The notes under the pieces were generated by a model, which worked only from the letters and a program-made list of their open reading frames with translations, made no database searches and was not told the origin of the DNA. 64,000 bases of DNA from Callorhinchus milii (Eukaryota). Made by a program: the position numbers and the translations under genes. Positions 49,860 to 61,782 of this stretch are shown one piece after another; position 1 is the first letter of the stretch, and each line of letters begins with the position of its first letter. The stretch lies in NCBI RefSeq assembly GCF_018977255.1, contig NW_024704743.1, positions 17,982,001 to 18,046,000 of the forward strand, given 5' to 3'.

Positions 49860-51195
49860 AGGCAATAGCAGATCTGCGCAGAGGTTGGCAGGAAGAGTTA
49901 AACAAATTGAAGGCCTTAATGATCCAACAACAACAGCAAATTGCATTTGTACAGAGCCTTTCACGTTGGGAGGATATTCCAGTTTGTTGAGAGGAAATGG
50001 CCTTTGCACTGTTTTACCTTGCTAATGGTAAGGCAGCAGGTTTGGACAACATTAATGCTTTGAGTTCCTAAAATAAACATTGCATTAACCAACTCTTGCA
50101 GAGAATAGTGAGGGTCTTTGATGTCAAGCTAGCACCCTTCAACTTGACTTGGAGCTGTCTTCTAAGGCTGGCCAATGGGATCTGTTTGATCTGACACACT
50201 ATTAGTGTATCAGAGTGCAATTGTGGCATCATGAGGTAAAAAAAAATATTAGAGGTGGTGCTTCATGTAGATTAGTTGTATTGGGGATCCATGGTTTAAT
50301 CAGAAATGAACAGTCTTGATTTTGTTCTCATGAGGAGTACATGAGGCAGCTTTGTATGAGATCCCAGAGTATTGTAAAGGTCAAGGGTTTTAACCTAAAG
50401 TTTTCAACCTGAAATCTAGATGAATGCATGGCCAAATCTTGGATATTATCCAGGATGTGTAGGTCAGCTCCAAGATTTGAGTAAAGGTGACTCAAGACTC
50501 ATTGAGCCTATCCTTTTTGAAAAACGGGTAAAACAAGGTTGTCCATTGTCATTCATTCTATTCAATGTATTCACACATGATGTATTGGATGGCATTGAGG
50601 GATTTGACTTGGAGTGTCTATTGACAGAATTACTAATAGAATTGTGGTGTTTCTGTTTGCAGATCATGTTGTGTGTTCGGTAGATGCACCTGGGGATCTG
50701 TGCAATGCACTCCCCATCTTGAACATTGGGCCACTCAATGGGACATGGTAGTCGATACCCCCACATGCAATATTGTGACTACTTGAGAGGGGACATTGAA
50801 GATAGTCGGGTGATTCGTATTAATATTTGGGGATTATGGTGTTCACCAAATTTGGCTTGAACACTGTCCTTTGCCTACTACTGTTATCGTTGCAAGCAAA
50901 AGCCTCAACAGGTAGGATGGTCATAGCTGGACAAGCAATGGGAAACTTGCCAGACAGTATACACAATGGCAAACTATACGGTTTTAGCTGGTTAGACTCC
51001 AGCAATACCCCAACGCACATTCTGGAATACCCAAGCTTTGGCTGTTACCAATCTATGCCTAATCCTCTCCAGAATTTGGCAAGCACAGAGATTGCACATT
51101 CCACTCCAGGTACATGGAAATTTCCAGGTATCTCTATGTGAAATTCTCAGATTGGTTTGGATGCACTGTTTGATTCAGACGTTTGACTGACCAAA
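49860..51195 (+). mobile_element. Highly decayed non-LTR RT (RTE-group-like, not CR1/L2) joined to the poly(A)-family 3' end
   Basis: Remnant motifs in order: GKAAGLDNI (~50026), LIRNEQS*F (~50300), RVKQGCPLSFILFNVF (50525-50570), LFADH (~50653), HWATQWDM (~50724), YLGI (~50824). 50890-51195 then matches the poly(A) family. An L2 tail (-) is inserted at ~49925-49980. Confidence 0.7.
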
Positions 51196-51829
51196 ATCAA
51201 TGTAGTCCAGAATATTAAAGTAAGAATAGATCAGAGCTCTGAAGGACACATTCTCAGAAATGTTACACTCTGCAAATTGCCTCTCAGAGTTGCAATGATT
51301 TTGAAAATCATTTTAAATCTTCAGCATACAAGAAATTAAAAATAACCACAAAGTTTTACTTTGAATCATGATAGCCAATTTGACAATACTATTGTAGAGA
51401 ATATGTGTTTGGCAATTAATTTCTGCGTGGCTCTGGCAATTGCTCTTGTAAAAGATATAGTACTGACAGGAAGCTGTACAAATTATTTCAGTGTTTATTC
51501 AGTGAGGACCACTGAATATTAGCTCGGGTAGGATCAAATCCTGCTTAAGTAGTTTAAACAAATTAAAATAGAGAAGTTTTATTCATTCGATTTAATCAGT
51601 TTTCTCAGATCAGTTTCATTTATAGGGATACTGTTAGCACAGAAACATCTTTGAGAAACTTTTTTTGTTTATTTTTTCGAACCTGCAATGGAATTATATA
51701 ATTCATATTAAAGTTGTATCTTTCCATCATCTGCTGTTAAAATAATTAATGATGGGGGCTTCCCTGATGAATCATTGGGTTTGAGGCAAACATAGAAGGA
51801 TTGTCCCAGGTTTGACATCTTGTTTGCAG

Positions 51830-51906
51830 ATCCTTGACTATCCAGCGCCTTGGGACGTCCTCCTGACGTGAAAGGAGCTATACAAGTCAAATTTGTTGTT
51901 GTTGTT
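51830..51906 (+). mobile_element. L2 tail only
   Basis: ccagcgccttgggacgtcctcctgacgtgaaaggagctatac...(ttg)n. Confidence 0.88.
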
Positions 51907-52059
51907 TTGGTCTCTGTTGATTCAACTGGGCAACAGTGCAACACACAATAAATAATGATACTAATTCTCTCAGTGTTCTCTCCTATCCATATTTGGCAGG
52001 CGAATTGATCATTCATCTTATTTCTGTGGAATGTTACTTGCATAGCCTCTTCTTGACAA

Positions 52060-52165
52060 TAATAATAATAATAATCCTTGTATTTGATATAGCATCTTGT
52101 CATTGAGTCTCAAAGCACTTCACAGAATATATTGTACAGTGGATAGACTGTGTATTTTGGGGCGA
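52060..52165 (-). mobile_element. SINE tail fragment
   Basis: (taa)n-tccttgtatttgatatagc...aaagcacttcacagaatat. Confidence 0.8.
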
Positions 52166-52439
52166 AATTAATAATAAATAAATTAATTAAGAAATTAAAT
52201 AAATTAATATAATTTATTTGAAGAAAAACACCATATTGCCAAGTACTCCTTTAAAATCCAAACTTATAGGCCAATAGTGCATGATCAATTTCTCTGTTCT
52301 TATATGCTACAAATGTGGAATGCTCTGCCTAGAAGACTCCACAGACAGTGTTGATTGGGTTGTTGAAAGGATTTGTGGTGGTTGCGCATGAAAAGACACC
52401 ATAGTGATCGATACTAAAACTAAACAGATGGTGACTTAT

Positions 52440-52640
52440 TTGTTTTTCTCCCTTCAATTTTCTTTCCTCTCATGAAGACACCAATGTCTGAAGACTTGGG
52501 TACAGTTCCATTGGCTCCAGACATCCTTCTGTACTTTATTGGCTGTTCTTCACAGGTGAATGTCAACACGCTGTTGAGAGTTGGTGATTTCCTTTAGGAA
52601 ACCTGCTCCGTCCCATCACAATCCAGCAAACATCAATTGA
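52440..52640 (-). mobile_element. Ancient SINE-like family fragment
   Basis: caattttctttcctctc...gggtacagttccattggctcc...ggctgttcttcacaggtga resembles the reverse complement of 23060-23180. Confidence 0.45.
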
Positions 52641-53989
52641 AAATTTCTCAACTACTAGGCTCTGTAATTTCCAATCATCTGAAACAAAATCAGTGTATCT
52701 GGTATATATTCAGGAGGGTCAGCTGGCTACTCCATTAATTGAACTCACTTAAATGCACTGATCTTGGTAATAATAATTTTCTTCTACGTAAAAATAGCTT
52801 GAAATTTCACCTAGCCGATAAGACTATTTTGCTTTAAAATTTTCGATTGTGCAGAATTGTGGAAAATTTGCAAATTCAAGTCTTAATTTCAAAGCTGGTT
52901 TTCAACAACTCTCAAAAAGAACTAGGCTTCTGAATTAAATCAGAATTCAGTGCAATCTTAAATTTAAGATGAAGTGAAATTTGGGATCTCACAGATCTCC
53001 ATGAAAACTGCTAGCTAACCCATCATTAATGTTTTCCATAATGTTTTGTGCCATCGATTTAGATTGACTCAGAGTTAGATGGATTCAGTCTAAACTACTT
53101 TATCTACACACCATTATTTTGATTGCGCACACTTGCTTTGTCAGAAATATGTTTACCCTTCCTATCATAGAGGGATAAATTCAATATAATGTGGTGATTG
53201 ATTATCTCTATCATGGCAAGCCATTGATATTTGGGTTGAAATGAGCAATGATCAAAATCAATATTTTTTCTTTAGAATGCACGACCCATCAAATATAAAA
53301 CTCTGTGACAGCTCATTAATAGTTCACTGTTTGCAAAACTTGTCATGATTGATTTTGAGGCATGCTGACAAATATTTTCTTTGTGCTGAGATCACATTTG
53401 AAGACATTGGAATTGTACTTCTCAGCCTGTTTACTTGATTGACTTGTTGTCATTTGCCACAATCAATGCCTTAAAGTCCTCTAGTGTCAGGTGAAGATGT
53501 CCTCCAGAAACATCTGAGTTAAATAGGCTTTGGATGATGGGACAGTGTGAAAAATTAATGGGGTGTCCATTTTGATGTGTGGTGTGTTAATCAACATTGA
53601 TGGTGCTAATTTGCTAAGTAACACATCTTTTTAAAAAAGTGGTCAGTCAATGGTTTAATTATTGACCAGTCCACAAATATGCTGAAGGCACAATTCATTC
53701 CTCTTTCCTGCCCTCCCCAGTACCATCAAAACCTCAATGGCCTGAATAAGATCCTTCTGTGTTGTAATTTCTGTGATTCTCTGATTTATTTTCCCACGAT
53801 TGCTATAAAACCAAAACAATGTCTTCCTTCCTTCTTCTTCTTCTTCTTCATAAGTACTTCTAATATTATTATTTAGTGATTTAGACTTTCCGAGATCATC
53901 ATAGAAGTACAAAGCCCAAAACATTTAGCTTCTCAAACTATCCCCATCTTATTTACAGTATAATGTTTCCTGATTATAGATTGGCATAT

Positions 53990-54120
53990 GAGAGAGAGGT
54001 GGTTGAAGGGGTATGGGGATAAGGCAGGGTAATGGATTGAAGTGGTAACATTGCTCACTGAGCAGGTGCAGGCTTGATGAGCCAAATGGCCTCCTTCTGC
54101 AATGGAATGTTTCTATGTTT
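53990..54120 (+). mobile_element. CR1 3' terminus fragment
   Basis: gaaggggtatggggataaggcaggg...gatgagccaaatggcctccttctg...ttctatgtt. Confidence 0.8.
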
Positions 54121-54724
54121 CCATCAAGGTCTCAATTGGTACTCAGTTAGCATCAATGACAGAATGGACATCAGGATTCTTTCGGCATCTGAAAACAATC
54201 AACCACTTCTGATCGTTCCCAAAACTGGGTTCTGGCAAAGTACATTGCAGGACTAAAAAGTGACTGGGTTAGGAAATGCCTAAGAGCTGCTGTGACAACT
54301 CCTGATTGACATCCAAGAACATAAAGAAGCTTGTTGTTCTCTATTGCATTGGAGCTGGCATTCACTGAGTGAGCTCATGGATGATGTTTACTGAATATGA
54401 ATCAAAGTCTGTAGCTACCCTGAAGTGAGAGGTCTCTTCGAAGAGTGATGCAAAAATGCTGTAATCCTGACTTCTCTTAACAGGTAAGAAACGTTTTCTA
54501 AAGTCTATGAGAGGTTGAACTAGAAATTACTTAGAATTCAAAGTACTTCCCTAAAGATAACTCTGCCTTCGTTAGCTCTGAATGAAAGATGTCTGTAGCA
54601 AACTCAGTCCAGTCAATCATTGAATCCCAGTGAACATCACAACTCACTGCACATGATTTAATTCCATCTCAAATAGGGTCCAACACTATCTTGTGGGTTT
54701 TATTACCAGTTTACTGTTCGTTTG

Positions 54725-55060
54725 GTGGTTGAGGCCTCATCTGCCTGTTCAGATGGATGTTAAAGGTCTCACGCTACTACTTAAAAAGAGGAGGAAGTTT
54801 CTTCCAGTGTCCTGGCCAAATAAAATTATTCACTGTATGGTTGTTTCTGGGATATTGCTGTAGGCAAATTAGCTGCTGCGAGATGTGGGTGGTGAAGGGA
54901 GGGGCAGGGAGATGAAAATCTTGAGGCAGACTTTGAAGGCGGTTAGAGAAGGGATGAGTAACAGGGACAATGGAATAGAGTTCCAGAGAGTGTGGGCAGA
55001 TAGACCCACGATGGTTAGGCAGGGGACGTGAAGCAGGCCAGTGCCTACTGAGCGAAGGGA
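54725..55060. mobile_element. DeuSINE fragment (+, 54725-54880) abutting an L2 3' fragment (-, 54885-55060)
   Basis: ctgcctgttcagatggatgttaaagg...ccagtgtcctggcca; then cttgaggcagactttgaagg...gagttccagagagtgtgggcaga. Confidence 0.65.
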
Positions 55061-55379
55061 GCTTTTGGGTTCGTATGGTTTGAGATTGAGATATTAATTA
55101 AACATTTAAATCCTAGAAATGTGTGAAAGGAAGAAAAATGTTCCACATTAGCTAGCATTGATGTGACATTGTGGAATGTGTATTGGTGTTCATAACAAGG
55201 TGAAGCTGCCAGGTTGTCAGCTGTGAAAGCTTAGAAATGGAGCATGGCTTACGCAGCACGGGGCCGAGCAAGTTAGATATCACCATCTATAATGGGTGGG
55301 GGAGAGAGAACAAAGCCAGTGAAGTGATAAGTGGACTATCACTGCTATTATTGTAAATCTTAAATCTATAAGTAAAAAT

Positions 55380-56178
55380 ATGTGGCTGAATATGGACAAG
55401 ACGGAAACCATATTCCTTGGCTCCCGTCAACGTCTTCATTCCTGCAGATCTAAACCTCCCTCAGACTCACCAATCCAGTGTGCAAACTAGGCATCCAGTT
55501 CGACCCCCAACTGTCCTACCTCCCCCACATCCAGTCCCTGTCTAGGACCGCTTTCTTCCACCTCTGTCACATTGCCTGCCTCCGACTGTACCTTACCCCA
55601 AATGTTGCCGAAACCCTCGTGCATGCATTTGTCATCTCCCTCTTGGATTACTCCAACTCACTCCTCACCGGTCTCCCCAGCTCCACTATTCACAAGTTCC
55701 CTTTCATTCAAAACTCTGCTGGCCACATGCTTACCTGAACCAAACTCCGTACCCACATCTCACCAGTTGTGGCCAGGCTCACTGCCTCTCCATCACTGAA
55801 TGGATCGGCTTCAAGATCCTCACACTCGTGTTCAAATCTAGCACCTCCCGTCCACTCCTACCTCCTCACATCGCAATCCACCACCTGGCATCTTTGCTTG
55901 ACTGGCACCGGCCTCCTGTTTGTCCCTCGCACCCTCCGCCCCACCATCGGAGGTCGTGCTTTCAGCCACTATGCTCCAAACTCTGGAACACTCTCCTTCA
56001 ATCCCTCTGCCTTGTCCCCTCTCTCCCCTCTTTCAAGTCCTGCCTGAAACGTTCCTGTTCGACCGTGCTTACGACCACTTCCCACCTACCCCCAGCTCGG
56101 AATCAGGCTCTGCCTCTGTTAAGCACTCTGAGACACTTCCCTTCATGGAAGACGCTATATAAGTACAAGCTGTTGTTG
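55380..56178 (+). mobile_element. L2 3' portion (second tail subfamily)
   Basis: KLGIQFDPQLS, LVHAFVISLLDYSNS, PTIGGRAFS; tail agcactctgagacac...gacgctatataagtacaagctgttgttg. Confidence 0.92.
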
Positions 56179-56314
56179 TAAAACCAACTGCTTTTCCACA
56201 TTCATTCAAGGAAGCAGGTAAATACTGCCGTGAGGTTGAGGGTTGTTGTGCTTATTGTTAACGGTTTCAATCTCCTGGGCAACAGCCACATCAGTTGGAT
56301 GATTCTTCTTCCAG

Positions 56315-56550
56315 ACATCCAGTGTCTTGGGATGCCCTCCCAATGTGAAAGGCACTATATAAATGCAATTTGCTGTGCTTGTTGTTTCAAAAGGAAGTAT
56401 CTCACCGTCCGTTCTATCTCCATGTTATATTAGAGAGACTTTGCCCACAAAATATACAGTCAATTCACTTTACAGTATATTCTGTGAAGCACTTTGAGAC
56501 ATCACGAAGATGTGATAAGGGGCTATACCAAATGCAAGGATTATTTATAT
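56315..56550 (+). mobile_element. L2 tail (56315-56385) and SINE tail (56440-56550)
   Basis: Direct match to the respective 3' termini. Confidence 0.78.
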
Positions 56551-59469
56551 TATGATTTACTTTCAGTATTTCATTGTTACAAAGTGCTCCCGCTATCAGT
56601 ACTTGCATTAAATATACAGTAAGAATCTGCTTTTTGTCGTAAATATTTAAGATAGGAATCTTCTATTAGTAATTATCAAATCACAAACTAACCAATATCC
56701 ATTTATTTAAGTCTGATTCGTATCAGGCTCCATCGAACCCTTGGATTTCTTATCCAGAGTTCCTTGCGTCCATGAATACAGGGAATGATTTGGTTATCCT
56801 CAGTACAGCATTTTCTGTGGATTTTCTTAACTACATAATGACTTAAGAATCTTACTGTTTATTTTTTTGATCTTCTTAATCACAGTGTCCCACATATTGT
56901 CAAAGGGTGTTGAGTCTAAGGCAATTATTAGCTATGTTAAATTCTTGCTAGACTACACTGTTCGAACAATTGAACTGGAGCAAGCAACTACCCTAAATTG
57001 ACAAATAATTTCACTGGCTTTGGCTGTTCTCTATATGTTGCCTTCATATCATATCTCATCACTATGCTTGACGAGGTGCAAGCATAGTGATAAACACACA
57101 ATATCTGCTCCAATCAATACAATATTTATTGGGTTATTATGAATAGAATGCTATTTAGGTTTAATATTTCTGTATTACAACTTGATTCATTCTCTGTATT
57201 ACAAAAAAAAATCAAGACACCTGAGCAATGTTCGTGTAAGATAAGAAAAAAAAGTATTCCGATAGGAAAGACACTAACCGCTCATATTGTCACTTTTCTC
57301 TTGTGTGCTTTTCTTTCCTTTGTTTTCTTCCTTGCCTGAATGCGATGGCTAATGCTGGCTGTTCTTTCACCCCTTGTTCAGTGACAAGGTGCAATCAGTT
57401 AAGCTTGGATGGTCAGGCGTCAGGAGGGGATTCAACTGAAGGGTATAAATTGATACATGCAGTTTCTTCAGGATGCAAGTGCAGTAACTGAATGTCTGGA
57501 ACTGATATTCACCAGTGAGATGTCCTGTTCATTCTTTGAATGCATGTGTCTCAGTAGTGTCTTGAACAACAACCTCTCAAACATTGTCGATTATTTTATT
57601 CATGTGAATTAGTAGTTTTGATTTCAAGCATGATGACCTCCTAGAAATGACCAGATCGCCCCACAGAATAAATTTATCCACCTATATAATACAATCTGTG
57701 AAAAGCAAAAATCCTTTTTTGCATTTAAGACGTTAAAAACATCTGCTTCAGTTGTCATTCTTAAAGGGTTAATATTGGAAGAATATTCTGTACCCTTTGA
57801 GAATTTTTCTTGTAAATTAGGCCTGTTTGGTATTGGTATTTTCACAACAACGGTGCCCTAATGAATAACAAATTCCCTGCTCTGTCCATTTTGATGTAAA
57901 TTGGTTTTGCATGAGTTATTTAGATGGGTCACATATGCCCTGTAATTGCTCAAGTACAAAAAAAATCATATTTAATTTGAGCAGATGTGCTAATGCTAGG
58001 ATTTAATGTATTAAATTCCAAATGCCACTCCAGATTATTTGTTTCATAAAGAAATAAAAGTATATATTAACTACTGAAAATATATAGTTCTTTATTCCTT
58101 GTGAATTCTTTAAAATTTACGTTTCAAATGACCCATATTTTGTAGTGTTGAAACCTTTTTTAATAATAATAATTACATTTGGTATAGTGCCTTTCACGTC
58201 GGGAGCATGTCTCAAATTGCTTCGCAGGATATGCTGTGAAGTGTAATGACTGTTTTGTGGGCAAACACGGCACCCAATTTGCAAACCTTCTTTAGAATTT
58301 ACAAACCTTGTGAATGATTGGGCTCCACCCATTCAATCTATCATGATTTCTCTCTTGTTCTGCCTTGTTCCTCCGCCCTCTCACTGATTGACCTCCCAAC
58401 TCCAGCCGCTTGTGAATGGATGGAGTCCGCTGCCAACTGCAATTTGACTCTCCCATCTACATCCGGGAGATCCTCGTGACTGAATGGAGGTGCTCGACAC
58501 CACAGAAGGTCCGAGTCAGTAAATGCAGTGGCAACCAGTGCACCATTTTGACTGGAGTACCTGGATTTTCGTCCGAGTTAGCAGACATATTCAAAATAGG
58601 TAAGAATGCAAATGAATCAGGGCCAGGTGTTTTGTAATAATAATAATATAATAATCCTTGCATTTGATATAGTACCTCATCACTTTATTGAGACTTCTCA
58701 AAGTGCTTCACAGAATGTACTTCAAAGTGGTTGCATCTTGTGGGCAAAAAAAATTAGTTTTGTTCAATTTACCCTACATTTAGGTTTAGCTGTTGTCTAG
58801 CAAAAGGGATTTCACTGTGTGTATGTATATAAAATATACACATATGTATAATTAGATAAAACATAATGGTTTAATGTTAAAGCAGGTATATTTGGGTTTC
58901 CAATCCTTTCTGGTTCAGCATATTTCACCGAAAAGGGTTTTATTGGACTTGCCATATCAAGACAGTTTCTACTAGTCTACTTTATTGATTTATTTAACAA
59001 AAGAAATCCAAAGGCCCATGAAAACCTATTCATATTTGTACATTCTTGAAGAAAATTTTTATATGGTATTTGTAGTAAGCTGGCACTTCCTTAGAACTTA
59101 CAAACCTGTGCTATTCTAAGTTTTGTGCTTATTTATTTTGCTCATCTTAGTGGGGATAATATGATTTGCAGTATTGAATTCAGATATTGTTCTTTTCTGA
59201 TGAATGCCAACTTGAGCAGGAAGGAATGAATGTCTGTGCACTTTAAAACTTATATAGGAACATTGCTTTCAAACAACATGGGAGCAAAGTCTACTCAGGT
59301 TATCCTCTATCAATGTCACATCATAATAATAATAATTATTATTTTGATCCATGCTCAGCACTTTAGCGTGGGGATCTGACAAATATAACTAAGTCACACA
59401 GTTGGTTATGAACAGGATTACCCTGTTAGTGTCTGAGTTATTGTAGATCATTACAAAACACTATCTCGT

Positions 59470-59690
59470 TCAACAACAACAACTTGCATTTATATAACGC
59501 CCTTCCCGTGGGGTAGTGTCCTGGAGTGCTTGACAGTGGTGGGGTCTGACAATGAGCCACGGGGAAAGGGAAGAGCACAATCAAAGAGGAATGTCTTTAG
59601 ACAGGATTTGAAGATGTGGAGGGAGAGGGCAAGGCGGAGGGATTGAGAAAGAGAGTTACAGAGTTTCGGGGCATAGTGGCTGAAGGCACA
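59470..59690 (-). mobile_element. L2 3' end (second tail subfamily)
   Basis: caacaacaacaacttgcatttatataacgcccttcccgtggggtagtgtcc; AFSHYAPKLCNSL. Confidence 0.88.
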
Positions 59691-59749
59691 GGAAGCTGGA
59701 GCCAGCCGAGCAGAGGTAGCAGTTTCTACTCCAATGTCAAGAACTTTGT

Positions 59750-59813
59750 CCCTCTTAAGCATGGTGATGGGGTTCCACATGTGTCAGACACCGGGCTGAC
59801 CCCCAAAAAAAAA
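59750..59813 (+). mobile_element. Poly(A) retroposon family terminus
   Basis: cttaagcatggtgatggggttccacatgtgtcagacaccgggctgacccccaaaaaaaaa. Confidence 0.82.
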
Positions 59814-60177
59814 TTGTTTTAGACTGATGGCCACACCAATTGTCATAAGCTTGGCATTATTTCCGTCCTTACAAATCTGGTCATTTATTAGGACATATTA
59901 ACTATTAACATTCACTCTTTCAACATTTCATTTACTAGAATTTCTGGATGACCATTCTTAAGATTTTAGTGACCAGCCTATAATCAACCCTATCGCATTT
60001 GTATTCTTCAAAAAGTAGAATAATAACAGCAGAACAGTTCTCCTATTTATTACCCAGGGTCTAATTCTCTCCCCCTCCTCTGCAGGTGTTGGTCAGTCTA
60101 GTCACCAATCTATGGCAGAGACGGTGGGAAAGCTTTTGCTCCTGGGCCGTTACAAATCTTTCCGTTGATTGAAGCAT

Positions 60178-60391
60178 TAATAATAATAATCCTTGTATTC
60201 GATATCACGTCTTCGAGATGTCTCAAAGCGCTTCACAGAATATACTGTAAAGTGAATTGACTGTATATTTTGTGGGCAAAATGCAGCAGCCAATTGCACA
60301 CAGCAGTGTGTCACAAACAGTAAACTTGCCCAACGTTTCACCCTGCCGGGAATCAAACAAGTGCTCGAACTACTGAGCTACAGGACTCCAC
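60178..60391 (-). mobile_element. tRNA-derived SINE with internal deletions
   Basis: Tail, Deu-like block and head (ctgagctacaggactccac) present; middle missing. Confidence 0.88.
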
Positions 60392-60914
60392 ATTAAGACT
60401 TATGTGAGAGTGATCTGGGCTCATGGAACAACACTAATCCATTTAGACCTCAACATTTATTACCAAGGTTTATCCGTGCACAGAATCTCCCAGACAAAAT
60501 TGAGAAGCAAACAAGTATTTCAGTCTGTTCAGGAGCGTTTAAAGCTCACTCTTCAGAAGCATTTGTGTTGCTGTCTAGTCCATCACCAGACAGGTTCGAC
60601 AGAAGAATTTTTTTCAGCCCATTTGATCTCTCCCTTTCAGAATGCCATTGTAAACTAAAAATAATAACTTGCATTTGATATAGCGCCTTTCATGTCGGGT
60701 GGACATCTGGAAGTGGTTCAAGGGAATTTAGTGTAGTGTTGTGACTGTATTTCGACACCTTGGGTCCTCCTGATGTGAAAGGGTTAGATAAATACAATGT
60801 GTTGTTGTGTATTTTGTAGGCAAACATGGTAGCCAATGTACACACAGAAATGTTCTACAAACAATCATGAAGTGCATAATCAATTTAATTATGGGGATTG
60901 TTGGCCAGGACATT

Positions 60915-61235
60915 GTGGAGTCCTGTAGCTCAGTGGTTACAGCACTCGCTTTGCAAGTGAGAGTCCTGAGTTCGATTCCAGGCAGGGCGAAACCTTGGGC
61001 AAGTTTCCTTATTCCACACGCCTAATAATAATCCCTCCAAAAACCAAAAAAAAATAAAAAAAAATTGGTCATTTTCAATCTACGACTGTTTGTGGAACAT
61101 TGCTGTGCGCAATTGACTACCGCGTTCGCCCACAAATATACAGTCAATTCACTTTACAGTGTTCTGTGAAGCGCTTTGGGACATCCTCCTGACGTGAAAA
61201 GCCTTATATCAAATGCAAGGATTATTATTATTATT
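60915..61235 (+). mobile_element. tRNA-derived SINE, young short subfamily, inserted in an old DeuSINE (-) (60790-60914, resuming ~61236)
   Basis: Full head to (tta)n tail. Flanks read gttggccaggaca | ...tgccctctcttttcaaa, the continuous Deu reverse complement. Confidence 0.93.
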
Positions 61236-61782
61236 AAGATTGCCCTCTCTTTTCAAATGATGATATCAATGTAAGCTTCATTATGTACATAATCTAGCTC
61301 TGCTTCGAGTTCCTTTTAAGGTCATGTTTGTATTTAAACTGCTGGAATTTATTCTCACGTATGTCTCCTGCCCCACATGGTATTTTTTAAATGCTGAAAA
61401 TGTACTTATTTTGCTTTGGTCTCTCTAACCAAAGATTTCACTACTTTACTCTTAACAATCTCTTGACTTGAATTTACAAAGAATGTACAACATGGAAACA
61501 AACCACTTGGCCCAATCAGTCGTTGCTGGTGTTTATACTCCACCTGAGTCTAATTTATCTTCAAGTCAAATTTATGTTCTCTACTCATTATTTTCTCCCT
61601 TTATTTTTAACACTTCTTATTCCTAGTTAAAGATTAGAAGTGCTTTAACAATGCTAGCTGAATATCGATGTAACTGTACTTTATCATTTGCATAAGAATA
61701 GTTGGATCACTTATTTTCTTTTTGGTGACAAAATATATTAAGAATAAAATGTATTATTTGACCACCAATATATTTATAGTTT

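Noticed and set aside
16770..54490. Isolated strong donor-like sites (+: 16781, 30880, 54484; -: ~40005, ~40238)
   Set aside because: No convincing paired acceptor and reading frame; expected by chance at this window size.
60915..60990. tRNA-Ala gene
   Set aside because: The tRNA-like head continues into the SINE body and tail in many diverged copies, and there is no proper acceptor stem.
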